Shown here: positions 25,532 to 39,561 of the stretch, piece after piece
Numbering within the stretch: the stretch's first letter is position 1
Layout: the number at the start of each line of letters is the position of its first letter
Assembly: GCA_000934665.2 (NCBI GenBank)
Contig: KZ538322.1
Coordinates: 1-64,000 of the forward strand
From: Catajapyx aquilonaris
Taxonomy: Eukaryota
Length of the DNA: 64,000 nt
Reading direction: 5' to 3'
Notes under the pieces: model-generated
Database searches by the model: none
Told to the model about the DNA's origin: nothing
Seen by the model: only the letters and a program-made list of their open reading frames with translations
Made by a program: the position numbers and the translations under genes

Positions 25532-25583
25532 CAGGGGTGCTCAACCTATGGCCCGCGGGACCTTTCATTGTGGCCCGCGAAAG
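25532..25583 (+). mobile_element. 5' terminus fragment of a hAT-like element
   Basis: CAGGGGTGCTCAACCTATGGCCCGCGGG...TGGCCCGCG is a typical hAT/Charlie-type end; no matching 3' end found. Confidence 0.5.
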
Positions 25584-28500
25584 GGAAGCTTCCAAAAAAA
25601 TATTAAATTACATAATGAGGCAAAATAAAACACTCCACTAAGGGTTGATGACAGCAAAAGGCAAGTCAGAATCAGAGATGACGTATGATCTGAAGTGGTT
25701 GATAACTGACCTTGCCTTCATGACATTTTTCTTCGCATTTATACGAACTGAATTTGAAGCTTCGATCAAAGGACTAACTGAAGCCTTTTTTGCAAAAATT
25801 TCAAAAAATGTCACTCTTTAGGAGTCACAAAATACATTTCCTGCTCCTCAAAAGAATACATTCACAGATCAAAAAATAGTGTCTTTTGGACACACAAGTG
25901 ACAGCATGACATGACGTTCCATTATCTGCAACGGGTAGTCAGTAATGTTGGGAAAAATTCCAGACGGATGCTGTTCTATGTAAAAAGGTGGAATAATGAT
26001 GCATAATGTTCCATTTTTCATTTAAAAATACATACGCCAAAGTGTGTGAAGCTATGAGTAGCCTACTGTATGAGTCTGAAACTGTCTCTGTCAAACGGCA
26101 TCCCAAACCATTAGTTTGTTTTCAAAAAATATGGCACAATATTCTCATTTTCATTTGATCAAGCTATATGCATAGACTTGTACTGTAGGCCATACTCAAT
26201 CGTGATTACACAAATGGCAATTTCTAAGTTTTAAACTCATAATTAGGTGGATAGAGATGTGTATTATATATGGTTCATAAGGAGATTGCTTTGGCCTCCG
26301 GTGTTATATTACTGCATTAGGCAGAGTAGTCAGCGCACAGGGGCTGATTACTTCATTTCAGGAGCTTCATTAAAGATCCGGAGAAAAGCCACCATTATGC
26401 TGGCAGATGTCAAGTGATCGGGTACACGTGACCTGCCGCTGCGGGCTCAAGTGAATCACCAGACGACAAGACCCGGATTATTAAGAATGGGGCGCGGGTT
26501 ATTCGGGCCTCATCAGCTGGACCACCACTGTGTCCCTTTGGGATTAGTCCCCCTCTCATATATACGCTGTTTCCACGTGCTCTAAAGAGAGCTCTTTTTT
26601 CTGCATGGAGTCAACGGCCATCAACATATAGACCTTATTAGGCTAGTTTCGTTAGTCACTTGAGGATTGTGCAGAATGAATCAGGACACTGCAGAATCGT
26701 AATTCAATTTGAATAGTGATAAATGTTAGGTATATAATGGTGAGTTTGTATAGCGATAAAATTACAAAAAAGCAGTTCGCCGCTATACTAATGCTGAATT
26801 TCCTGCGATTATTGCGTAATATGCCCCTTAAAATATATTCTTAACCATTTACTTTGGAGCTGCTACTTCCATTTTATCATAATACTGTAATGGCTATTTA
26901 TTAATTTATTAATTAAGGTTGAGATGTCAATGTGGTTTGATATATTTCCTCTTCATCCTGAGGACAGACGCTGTAGACATACCGTTGCGCATGACCATGT
27001 ACATGAGGGGCGGTACCCAGCATGATGGCATCGATGACACAAACCTGGATGAGAAACAGCCCTGGTGACAACTCTGACAATGAGTTAGAGTCGGCCCAAG
27101 CTAAGTTTGATAACTGCAAGCAATCATAAATGACGAAATCACAGATATTAATATCTATGGACGACACAAACATTCGTCCCAGTGACGGTGGCTTGTCATC
27201 ATAATTATAACTGGGCGTGATCTTATTTATGTATTTTGTTTACTTTTGAGTAGCCTACTCCTGCAGTATCGTGCAGTACACTAGGGCCCCCGAGAATTGT
27301 TCTGAAATATTACGAAAATATTTTTATAAGCATTTTGATGGCCTGATGCTATTATTATAGTTCCAAAACAATAAGTGGCTACTACAAGCCTACAAGGTAG
27401 GCCTACAGACTCGTCCAGTGACGTCAGCACCAACTCACAGGCCTGCAAAGAGCACGGATTGACATCCAAATGACAAATATGTGTTATGAAATTCGTCGTT
27501 ACGCATGCTAAAACGTACACATAGCCATCATTCAATACACTAGTGACTTACTTAGTGAGTCTGCCACTTAGCATTTGAGTTAGCGGGAAAGGCAATCCCA
27601 AACCCCCCCGCAGAGCCAGAGTCCCCTAGATCACGGCACCATTAATTAATTGGTTGTGAGTCATATCCTTACACTAGATTCACCCACCCTCCCACCCTGT
27701 ACCTTCCCCCTAGCCATGCGTATAATATCGTCAGGGGCTGACCTCCCTCTGGCCTTATATCCAGACTCATCTCGATTGCCTTCTACTTGTTTGTATTCCA
27801 CATAGTGTGGTGGAGGGATAGAGGAAAAAGCTGACTGGATGGTGCGGTGTATAGTGGGTCCCTAAGAAAGTTTTATCGGAGATGGGGTGGTACATCCCCA
27901 GAGGACTTTTTCGGCCATACTGGCCATTAGCAAGAGGGGGATTTCCATCTCCCTTGCTTCTTCTTTCCCCCTCAGTCTCTTCATCAACTAGTGTTTACCC
28001 TGCATGCGTGACCTGGGTGACCAAGGTCCGGCGGGACTTGGGGAGAAGCTTGTTTCTTTTTCTTCCAAGCTTCCACCCAGCCGTCACATCCTTTAAAAAA
28101 ATGTTTGCCAAAAGTGTCATAATTTTAGACACGTATTTTGGGGATCGAACCCAGGCTCTCACAGTCAGTGTTTACTCGACCAATTTTGTCTACAATATTT
28201 CGCCAACTGAAGTTGAAATTCAGGCAAATTCTTCGCTAATTTTTTTTTCGACGCACATATGCTACGTGCATTTCTGATTTGTCAAGTGCACTGGTTGAAA
28301 ACTGGTTGGAGCAAATTCCGAGTGTATATCCCGTTCGAAGCAAGTATAGAGTCCGGGTGAACTTGAGGGACGTCCCTCAAGGTCAGCCAAGTGTGTGTGT
28401 AAGATGTGTGCATCTGCTGTCGGTCATCATCACCGCCATCTCTTTTGCTGTGACCTCGGTAGTTTCCTTGCAGGTGCGGGCTCGACGGAGCACAGCTTCC

Positions 28501-31500
28501 CACTTGCGCGCCTACGTCACTATCATTCTACTAGGCCTACTCATTGTACATCCAACGCAATTTGAAGTTTGCCCGAATTAATGCTAACCCCACGTGCGTC
28601 GAATTAAGACTAATTAGGAGTGTCACAAGTAGGCCTAGTGGTCATTAAGCGTCAGAAATTAGTGACACGTGGCAGCAGCTGCAGGTGGAGTTTGTCCAGT
28701 GCAACGTGTGTGGCTGTTGCTGCACCCAAGGCTATAGATGGAGCAAATAAGACACATATGCAGTGACAGTGACGTCACATAAGGGGAGGGCTGCCCACGT
28801 GTGTCCTGTCTGTCCTGCAGCTGGGCCCACAGCGACACGAATCAGCACAATGGCCCAGCCAGCAAGTGCCTGCGATGGACACGTGCATGCCTCATATGCC
28901 CCCACACCAAGCAACCCACCAAAAAGCCTCTATATCCCTCAGCTGGGATAGGAAGGGGACACAAATTGCAGTCTGCTGGGTTGCCTAAGCCTCTTATTGG
29001 TCGGGGGTCGTGTGCGCTGCCTGCCTAATACTGTACTGTACGGCACATCAGACTAGGGTCATCTCGTGGGGATCAGACTATGGACTGACGATTATTTATT
29101 TCTGCTGGGATCAAATGTGAGGGCTGGAGCCAAAATCCATGCATACTGGTTCCCTGGAGGATTTTGGCTTCGGGAGGGTTGCATGGCTTGGGCAGGTTGG
29201 CATGGAAACGCCTTGGGAAAAGGGCGGAACCAGCATGGCCGACGATGGAAACTTGGTCTATTGAGCATGTGCCGGAGGGAGGGAGGAGTGTTTGACCCGA
29301 AACGTCGATGTACGGGCATGGCTACACTGTGCTGCTACCGTATTGCGACCAATCCTCAAAGTCAACTCTTTAGGGTTGCTTGGAGTGGAGAAGTTCGACG
29401 GACTGTGGAAATGAGATTTTTCATCTAGAATTCTAGATGAATTTAGTTTCAGTGGTTTTCACTTGGAGATTTGAAATGCAGAACTATCATAGTCACAATC
29501 GAATGATTTTGAGATGCGAAGGGCTGAGACCAGATTACCTTATCCCTTTTAGAACCTTTTTAAAAAAAACTTTTTTGTAGGGGATTGTACTTTGTTTTAC
29601 AGAAAACTGACTTGACCATCAGCAAGTATACCGGTACGTCAAGAACTGTAGCAAACTGTTATACATGGTTCATAACTGAATTTGGGCAAACTGTAAGCTC
29701 TGATCGTTCTACATTTTATGCATTCACTTGAAAGAGCACCAGCTCGCTCAATAAGTTCTTAGAGCAATTTTCTGTCCGCAATGTGAGTAAAATATTGACT
29801 TGACTGAAAAATTACTCTAAGTGTATTTGGTGTTTTAGAGAATTTCGATAATACCCAAAATCATTGGAACCTATATTTCAAGGGAAAAAATTATCATTAA
29901 AATTACACCAAAAAGTGCTGGGAAATGTTTCCATGTTAGTCCAGGCCAATATTATGCAGGACTCTGAAAATATATTTCTGAAGATATGAAATGCAGAACA
30001 AATTCACAATGGAATAATTTCGAGATGTGAGTTTTTTTCACACATTTTTGTAGGCACTGCAACTCTACCAGAAAGCTGAATTGATCCTCAGAGATTAACA
30101 TAGCAATCACACGACTTTTTACCAAATTGTTTTTCACTTCGTTCAGATCCTCTTATATAGACGTTGACTTCTTATAAATTCAGGAGTCGAACTCTGTCAT
30201 CTGCCTTCTCTGCAGTCCTACTATATTGCATATAGGACACATTAGGAAAGTCATGTAGCCTGACCCAGGGCTGCATCGATCGCTCTCTTTCCCCCCCCTT
30301 GATCCCTCCCTTCCCCCACTCCCTGCATCCATTTCACCCTACGGAAATGGAATGCGAGCCAGCCTCTGATCAAAAGGCCCTACCCCCATGCATTCTCTCT
30401 ATATAGTGATGCCTACATGTATGGGGAATACTCATCCCAGCACAATCCTCTCTGGCCGCCTGACTCATTCGACCCATTACTCTCCCCAAGTTCCATACCC
30501 AAGTTTGCCTTCTTTTCTTTCCTTCCGTACCAACATTTTGGAGAAATGGTATAGTTGAGTCAGGGTTGAAACCTAGGGGGGAAATGGTTGGGGGAGAAAA
30601 GGCGATATGAGCACAATAGACGATTGCGCTTTTTTTTAAGTGCGGCCCCCCTATCATGATTACCCTTTTCAGTGCGGTGATTAGTGGCGTGATATATTAT
30701 CTGGTTTGGAATGATGGATAGAATGCTACCGTGTCGGTATTGCTGGGGTGTCATCAAATGGGAGAGCAAAGTGCGTTGCTGAGTACGCAACGAGTGCGTC
30801 ATAACATGCCGAGTGTAATAGCACTTCGTGCATGCAGCGTGGCATAACTTTTTGCAGCTGTGTACTGAGAGTAAAAATATCGTAGTCAGCAACGGCTTAG
30901 TAATTTCGGGCAGCTTAGTGCGAAACTATGAGCATGGCATGCTTTTTATGTCTAAAAGCAAGTGTGGCACTCAGAAACGTTGCATCTGTTTTCAACAGAC
31001 CTTCTCCGGTTGCTTTTTATTTGTTGTTATTCCAACATATGCGCCTTCCTTCGCTATCGCACATGCCTGCTACATGCATATTCGTTAAGATATTTTAGCA
31101 GCCGTTTTGTATACAGACTGGCGATACCGCCTCGACGCGCCGCCCCCAGAAATAACAACCCCGTTATCGCCTAAGCACATCATTGTTAAACCCGGGCCTG
31201 GGATAAATAGCAGCGTTGACGACCAGCCTCATATATCACTCAACCATGAAATAGGCTAGAGTCGCTAGACCAAGGTCCTACATTGGAAACAGAACCCTCT
31301 GCAGCAGTGTACTCTGTCCGCCGGTTTCATATTCTCCCTAGACCCTGCACGTGTCCCTAGCTGACATTCCAATCCCCTAACAATGGCTCACTGTTTCACC
31401 ACACATTCCGCTGAGTACATCATCAGTCGTCGGGTCTCGCTGGACCAAACATCGTATCTGAAATAAGCTCTATCGTCATCTGCGACAGCCGGTGCTTGCG

Positions 31501-34500
31501 CATTCCGGCCATCTTGGATCCTTCTGACACCTAACCCGTATCAAATATTCATGACGACACTGCACACTTGCCGATCTGCTGGTGGCAAGCAACGCACATG
31601 TGTGACTCGTGGAAAAAGGAGACATCAGGTTCCCCCCTGCTATACCACTAGGGCCTTACCCCAACCGGCCACCCTCCGCCATCTCATTTTGCCGCCGCAT
31701 TTCATTAGCCGTCCCATCCAGGCCGAAAGCACGATGAAAATTTCATTAGAGTCGAGGTAGTGTTGGGGTGGGGTCTGGGGGATAAGGGGAAATGAAAATG
31801 GCTTTTCTGGCAGTCATGTTGCGCCTAGGGCTACAGGCCGTGCCGCAACACGAGAGAGTCTACTCGGTTGCAGAAGAGACAGGATGAAATCATCATGGGG
31901 GTGGCCAAAAAATCAAGTGCGTGATCCATTAGGTTGTTACAAGGTAGGGGGAGAGCATAGTGTGCACACTATCACGTCATGCACGAATGCGCACTGAGGA
32001 ATGTTTTCGTGCATGACTTGGCACGGCCATTACGCAAATCACCTGCTAGGATCTCGATATGGCAGCAGCATACCTGTGGGCAACGGGCCGTGTCCTTAGA
32101 CGTGCCTACCACCCGGGCTTTTCCTATCGAACAATCGTATGGAATACACGAATAGGTCGCTCAGACTATCAGCGTCACTCATCATAGGGTGTTGCGGGGT
32201 TTTGTCGAGTTGCGTCATGAAGTTGCGGACGATATTTATAATCGCTGCACCATTTCCGCGATGTCGCAGCTGGGATGTTGTTTTGTAAAGTTGATAGACT
32301 ACCATGGTGATGACATCCTTCCGCAACACTATGGAATATGTGGGGCTCATTAGTTTGTACGATTATAGAAATTATCTGATATGTGGAACGATCAGCGTCA
32401 CATTTGAATGAGGGTTTAAAGTTTGAAGATTGCAATGTTGGACTAACTATAGCGGATTGTAACCACCTAACGGGGCGGTATAATAATAAATAATTGATTC
32501 CTTTTTGATATGATTTTTTCCACATGTTCTCTAGGGGACTGTAATTGACCTATCTGAAAACTGCCTTCCAGGACCATATCAAACAATCCCTAACTCAATT
32601 GTGATCAAAATCTCGTTCTGTATTTTAGGTCGTCAAATAATAGCTTATTCACTGTAGCACTCTTCACTCACTGTCGGAGTAGCAATTTTCTCGAATTCTG
32701 AGTGAATTCAGTGAACTTTGTCCCATATCTTTCCAATACTGATGAGTGGACAAAATATTTTAGAGCAAGCTACAGACGAACAACCGTATAACCGAATGAA
32801 TTGAGAGCAGGGTTGAGAGAAAGCGTGTCTGTTAGTGATCTCAGATTCTACGGCAACACTGCGATATTTCATCATCATAACCCAATATTCTTCCCCCTTC
32901 CCCCATTTCGATATGGAGGATAGGCGTGACAGAACGAGCAAGCAGTGAGTTAGTAAGCGATCAGGCGCAGGAACAACGAAGGCTGTGCAAAGTCGTGTCG
33001 TTCGGTCACAAGTCCTGCGAGACCCAGGAGAAAAAGAGCTTCATTAGAGCGCATCCCAAGCCCGAGATTCCTTAGGGGAAAGAGTATCCCTAGGGAAGCA
33101 GGAGAAGCGCAAGGCTAGGGGAGGATTACCCAAAACTCAAGGGCTAAATGGGAAAAGAGGGAGGGCTTGCCGTCATGTGGACTCACCAAGTAATCATGTT
33201 TGGATACAGCCTGGCTCTAATAAAGCCCCTTTCATTATGTGCAGCTCAACAAGGGCATCACTCTTTTCCCTCTTGTGGTTTCCACTACTTGCACTGTATA
33301 TATACACACACTACTTTTCCATACAAGGTCTGTCTCGGAACAAACTTGGTGTGTGTATGGCCTCCGCTTCATTAATTGAAAGACTGGCTCTTTGTTTTCA
33401 TTTGTAGGGAGGTAATCAGATGAGTGCCAGTCCGGACCCGGATTTTATGTGCCCGGAACTCGATTAGGTCCTGGTAGTGCCATGTGGCGTCGTTCAACTT
33501 AGCCAGGGGTTTTTGGGGTGGGTGCCAGCAACTGCCTGCTGGGTGGGGGTGGAGGTCTGCTTTATTTATCCCTCAAGATATGCCACTCGACACCATCATC
33601 TTTTTGAGTGTCTCTACCAATATGAATGCGTGACGGGCGTTACAAGGTTCGGATCGGATGCAGGGTATGGGGCCAACGATACAATCTGTGTGCAAAGTGG
33701 GTCGGGTTACGGTTCAGGAGAGAGTTCAGGGGGTTAGGCAGTGCATAAACATAGTGCAAAAATAGATGGGTTTGCACGGATATTTTGTGCTATTTCATAT
33801 GATAGTCATATGGAATAGCACAAAATGAGTTGCACAGTCCACTGCCATACCATAGTGTCCATATACAGTACCATTTCAATAAACAGGCGGTTACAGTCAA
33901 GTTTACTTCGTCAGCATGATACATGCCTATTATGCAGGCTGTTCACCAGATGTGACGGGAGTACAGACCTTGTGTGAAGGCTTATGTCATGGACATTGTG
34001 CGCAAAAACAACAACAACAATAACAACATTGATCCTGTCAGTGTGTGTATTCATAATTTCAGACAAGATGCTTGGAATTTCTGAGCCAAGTCTTCAGGAC
34101 TTCATTGGACTTTGCCTGAAATATCGCCCTCTCTGTTTTTTTGGAGAGCAATGCAAAATATATTATCGACAGGCTTGCTCACATGCTGCACTATACCGAA
34201 TACAGCAGGCAAGCGTGTGTTTGGCCGCAGATGTGTGATTCTGAGGAGCCAGATGCCGCTCTTCTCTTTCTGTCTGCCCATACATCTGCTATCCTATCAC
34301 CTCTCTAGGGCCATATGTAACCTCCCCCCACCCCATCCCATACGACTGCTCTTCACTGTTTAGAAATTGAATAACACCATGGCCCAGCATTATTGCCCAT
34401 CCACAGGCCCCAACTGTTATTCTCATCTATATTAGGCGTACTTATAGGCAGATTTTTTTTTGCCTGGTCATGAAATGTGTTACCAGTTTTGCACCAACCT

Positions 34501-35621
34501 TCATCTGGTTTCATATAAAAACGCATGGCTGCAGATTTTTTTGTTTAGAAAGGGAAGCCTTGGACAATATTACAGCACAGATAAGGTTATGAACGCCTGA
34601 TTTCATCACCATGCATAAGTAAGGGCCGATTGCATCCATTCAAATTAAGGTGAAAATATCTAATTACACATATACCGTATAGCTTAATTTTTGTGCGCAA
34701 CTGGGAATAGCTCCAGCAATAGTGTAAAGTCAATTTCTAAATATTTGAAAACTTCTTGCAACAACACTAACGTTGTTAGTTCAGCCCTGATGCGTTTATA
34801 TAGCACTTTTGAAGCGAGCCATGCATCACATTTTTCCTGACCCCCACCTACGACCTGCTACTATTCAGCAAACTAATTTAAACCAGTAACAAAATGCTAT
34901 CGTATCCCATGTTGAAGCTAACCAGCCATATGCGCAGGAAGTTGTCTGGGGGCCTGATAGTCGCCAGAAAACAAAAAAAGTACAGGAAATTTGGAAGATT
35001 TGTGGCGAAAAGGTGCCGTTGACGCCTACTTTCGTAGCGGTATTTTTACAACCGGGTCATGCTATAATGTACGGCAGACGGGTATTGACGCGAGCACCAC
35101 AATAACCCTGCGTACAGTATATTAATAGTCCTCGTAATGGGTGCCATGAATTCATATTTGATGCTCTGTGGGTCGCGAAAATGTGGATGCTGCAACTGCT
35201 GGGCATAAAGTTTTTGGGAGGGGTGAGGGCCTGTGCCAATCCCCATAAGTTAGTGTCGGGCGGCGGCGAGAATTGGAAAAGTCATCTCTTTCTGGATGAG
35301 TACCACACACAGAGTCGCATACACACACGACCAAGGTAGGGTAGAATGTTGGGCGAGGCCCAATTCCTCCTTTGCCATGACCTTGGTAACAGAGGTGACT
35401 GGCGAACGGGATTCATCGTGACTCATAACTGTGTCTGCTCAGGTCGCCCAACACTGTACCAACCACTGGCTTTTGTACCAGGAAGGCACGTCCAACATGC
35501 TCTAGTTACCACCGTCTACTTCCGCAAACTGTGGATTCGGCGCTTTTCCTAGCATTTTGGGAGCTGCCAGTGTGTGCTCTCAACTGGGAAATTCCAGGAA
35601 AGCGGTTGGCCAAAAAAAATC

Positions 35622-36306
35622 AGATGTCATCCTTCATATACTGTATCAATAATTTTTTTAAAAAAATTATCGGAACACAACAAATTTTGACAAACTTACT
35701 AACATGTATGAAAATGTTCAAGTATCAGAGATCAATAGGTCAGAAGAAAATAATAAAATAAGCACATGTTACAACATGTCGGCTTATAAAGTACTGTATC
35801 TATGGTAGGGCCTACTAAAGATTTTAGGAGTAGGGTCTACAATGTGTCATTTTATTCGCAACAACATGACTCACCCCATACCCTGACCTCCCAATTTCTG
35901 TGCATATTTTACGTTACTAAAATCTATTTAGTAACGTAAAATATGCACAGAAATTGGGAGGTCAGTGTATGACCTTTGCCATTTGGATTACGACCACTGG
36001 GAGAAATCTGAAAAATTTACACATGGCTATTTCACTCTACCTAGATCTATAAAGGTACTGGTATGTGATAGATTATACATAATGTTGCGAATGAAATGAC
36101 AATATTTGTCATATGGTACGCCTATAGCCCTATAGCATGTTCCGTAGATACAAGCCAATATGTTGTAATATGTATCTATTTTATTTGATTTCTTCTGGCA
36201 TATTGACCTCTGCTACTTAAAAATGTTCCTACCTATACTGACAGTGAGTCACTCTAAACACGTGTGCCAATTTTTTGTAAACATTTGATAATGTAGGGTG
36301 GCATCT
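35622..36306. mobile_element. Diverged foldback element containing a perfect 39-bp-arm hairpin (35883-35965)
   Basis: Outer ends AGATGTCATCCT / AGGGTGGCATCT with degenerate inverted arms; the inner hairpin is perfect with a 5-nt loop. Confidence 0.6.
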
Positions 36307-36665
36307 CTAGGTCGATCTCTCATGGAATCGTCCAACTGTTGTGATGAAAATTTGGCTCGAAAGTATATACTTTGAAGGATTTTTCACACTTTCGCGCGAG
36401 GTATTTACTCGGATATTGAGTGATTGATCACTCAAGTGCCTCGATGTAAAACTCCCACACAGCTGACTTCTGATTTTAAGGTGGAAACTACCAATCAAAC
36501 TGACCCGAAGACTCGCCAAATATTTAAATACCTGAAATGCATTTGGGTCGAAAGTCGCGGACTTTCTGATACTTCAGTTTTACTATAGAGAAATTACAGC
36601 CTAATATTTAGAGAAACGTTGGAATCTGCTCATTAGAAAATGTCTCGAAATCATTCTAATGTACG

Positions 36666-36748
36666 TACTATCGGCACGGAAATGGTGCGGACACTTGAGA
36701 GTAAGCTGAACATTGACAAGTGTCCGTACCATTTCCGCGCCGATAGTA
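36666..36748. mobile_element. 83-bp hairpin MITE
   Basis: TACTATCGGCACGGAAATGGTGCGGACACTTG / CAAGTGTCCGTACCATTTCCGCGCCGATAGTA. Confidence 0.7.
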
Positions 36749-38089
36749 CCTCCGTTCTCAATTTTAGCTGTTCACTTGGAATGTGTGACATTTTTAGTAC
36801 CGTGCCCAAAAATGCCCGCAATAATTAATATTTACTGCTACTTATGTGAACTCCTGGGAAGTTACACGCACCTGTAAGCCATTTGTGCCACCATTTTATA
36901 CGCACGCATCTGACAAAAAGTAGTGATTATGGGTGTGAAACGAGCCTGTATTCCATAACCTATTTTTACGGCGTTTACGTTGGACACGTCCCAAAGGGTC
37001 TCGGTTTTGAAGAGGTATCGTAATGATTTGAAACGGTCCAGTGGCTGCACAAAGCGACAGCTGACAACAAGCTTGTCCGAAGGGGCCATACTTTTCTTCC
37101 TCGTTTCTTCTAAGAATAAGACCCAGGTTGGAGCCAACTGGAAGTGAAGAAATTTTGGTACCGCACTTGGGCACTGCACGTGTTCCTTTGGCGCTAGTTG
37201 GTGCCAAGAAAAGACACGTCCTTGTCCAGTAAACGTGAAATTGTGAAGGAGCAATGTTGGGGTTCGAAATGGTTTGGCTACAGGCCCCAACAGGCGCCAG
37301 TCGCGAATTCTCCGACCCAGCAGCCTTTGGGTAAATATAGGAACGGCAGCTAACTCCTTCACATGTGTGCTGCAATATGGGGGTCTAGTGTGTATGACGC
37401 CATGCACGTTTTGCGTACAGAACGTCGTGAATGACGAGCTTCCCGAATTCTCACATGTGAAAACCAGGCCTAGGGGAGAAAGAATTCCAGGACTGGCGAG
37501 GAAACAGCATCTGTGCTGCATGGTATTTCGGGAATATGTCGACGTTATATTTATTTTCCGCGGCTCTTGTGCCGAAATTGCGAACCGACACGTGAAGGTG
37601 ATGGTGCGGGCATTGCGCATGTTGTTTGTGCAGTGTGTGCACTGTATGAGGAGCAATGTTCCAAGGGGGTCCAGCTGTGTCGAGAATGGTGGCCAAATGG
37701 CATGGGGCCAGCGGACCCCATCCATCCATCCATCGGATGTCGGTGGAGGATTAACAGTTGACGTTGGCGGCAATGGTCGGGCGGAGTCGTAGGAGCATCG
37801 TCACGTCTCGTCTCTCGGCAACCTCCTATTATTATATAGCCCCTACTCTTTAACGATCCCCCATTTGCCACTAATGGCGTCGGGAGCTGTCCAGAGTGTC
37901 GCGTGTCATAAAAGGGCCCGCATGGGGATGCCTGCCTAAATGACGTGCATCGGTCATGTCTTATCAGAAGGATCGGTAGGGGCATTCTGTCTACATGCAG
38001 ATTTAGTGTAACCATTTTTTAGGTTACGAATGTTGAAACACTACATTAGTCTATAATATCGCTTCAGGACATTGGGGAGGGGGGGGGGG

Positions 38090-38329
38090 NNNNNNNNNNN
38101 NNNNNNNNNNNNNNNNNNNNNNNNNNNNNNNNNNNNNNNNNNNNNNNNNNNNNNNNNNNNNNNNNNNNNNNNNNNNNNNNNNNNNNNNNNNNNNNNNNNN
38201 NNNNNNNNNNNNNNNNNNNNNNNNNNNNNNNNNNNNNNNNNNNNNNNNNNNNNNNNNNNNNNNNNNNNNNNNNNNNNNNNNNNNNNNNNNNNNNNNNNNN
38301 NNNNNNNNNNNNNNNNNNNNNNNNNNNNN
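38090..38329. other. Assembly gap (240 N) flanked by poly-G; smaller gaps at 22287-22309 and 46647-46659
   Basis: N runs. Confidence 0.99.
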
Positions 38330-38754
38330 GGGGGGGGCTAATTAACTGGCTGGCACCAGGTGTCCATAAATAGGAGTGTATTCTTGTGGTAATACTGTGA
38401 GAGAGGTTTGTCGAAATTTGGGCTTGTGTAGTTGTCGAGAGGTGGTTTCAGAGAGAGAGTGGAGCCAGCAGAAGCGATGTCACATGTCACGTAATTATGA
38501 GAGGAACTATGCAGGATATGCGAGTGAGTAAGGTGGCATGACACATCGCAAAGCGATGTCATATGCGACGGGGAAACCGTTAGGACACACCTTCCAATTC
38601 AGTTCAGTTTTGGTGGTACGGACGGTACAGTATACGTACTACCTATACAGTACCTTGATACAACGTGACTAATAGTCGCATGTGTAGATTGTAGCCTACT
38701 GCACTGTACATAGTACGCCGATGTTAATTAGTGCTGAGAGGAATTTCAAATATT

Positions 38755-39093
38755 TTTTTTTTTTTTTTTTGCATTACCCCATTGGGAGTTACATTTCCTT
38801 TAGGGGGGTGGAAATACCACCATTTGGGTGGAACCGGTATACTAAGATAGTATTTAGTGTGTTCCAAGGGTAGGTAGGAGGGGATGTGCAAAGTGCGTGT
38901 GCAATGTCGTTGATGTGCCGTTTTGTGAACTCCCCCGGGTGGCATATGTGAAAGGATCGCCACCCGAAACGAAGCCAGAGACGGTCTCACTCTGCACGAA
39001 AGAAGGTGGGAACCCCGGGTGGGGATTGAACCCGGGACCTTAACTTCCGTGGGCGCACGCGTTACCGCGGCGCCACTCCGTCTCCCTACAAGA
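38755..39093 (-). mobile_element. tRNA-derived SINE with poly(A) tail and 13-bp TSD
   Basis: Minus-strand head GGGAGACGGAGTGGCGCCGCGGTAACGCG...GGTCCCGGGTTCAATCCCC (Pol III A and B boxes); A-tail at ~38755-38770; TSD AATTTCAAATATT at 38742-38754 and 39094-39106. Confidence 0.85.
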
Positions 39094-39510
39094 AATTTCA
39101 AATATTAGATTTTTATTAACTACTATCAGGTATAATTGGAGTGCTGGTGAATAGCTTTCTTATCCATGAATAAATTAATAACTGCGGGTACAGTAAGCTA
39201 CGAAGATTGTGCTGGAATTTCTGTTGTTTTTGTATTCTAGATGACTTACTGTACATCGAAGAAACGGCACATATTCCAGAGCGTTCTTTCTTTCTACAGA
39301 CATGCAAGTATGCTATACTATACTACTACGGCTTCTTAGCTAATAAGCAAATTCCTATCCCACCTGTGATTGACGGCATGTCTGTTATTAATAAGCTACA
39401 TTGCGAAAACTCCACGTCACTTCAAACCTACGAAGCATGAGTCTTCCATTCTAGTCACGTGGCCTGACATTACAAAATGCCATGCAGGTTGCTGCTTCTG
39501 TTATTTGGCA

Positions 39511-39513
<3 letters not shown>

Positions 39514-39559
<46 letters not shown>
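39514..39559. repeat. (CT)n microsatellite
   Basis: Perfect dinucleotide run. Confidence 0.95.

Positions 39560-39561
<2 letters not shown>

Noticed and set aside
28139..28160. GGGATCGAACCCAGG B-box-like motif
   Set aside because: Isolated; no A box, cloverleaf or tail, at most an old SINE scrap
38072..38341. ORF made of X residues
   Set aside because: Assembly gap
39010..39086. tRNA gene
   Set aside because: No proper acceptor stem; it continues into a SINE body with A-tail and TSD
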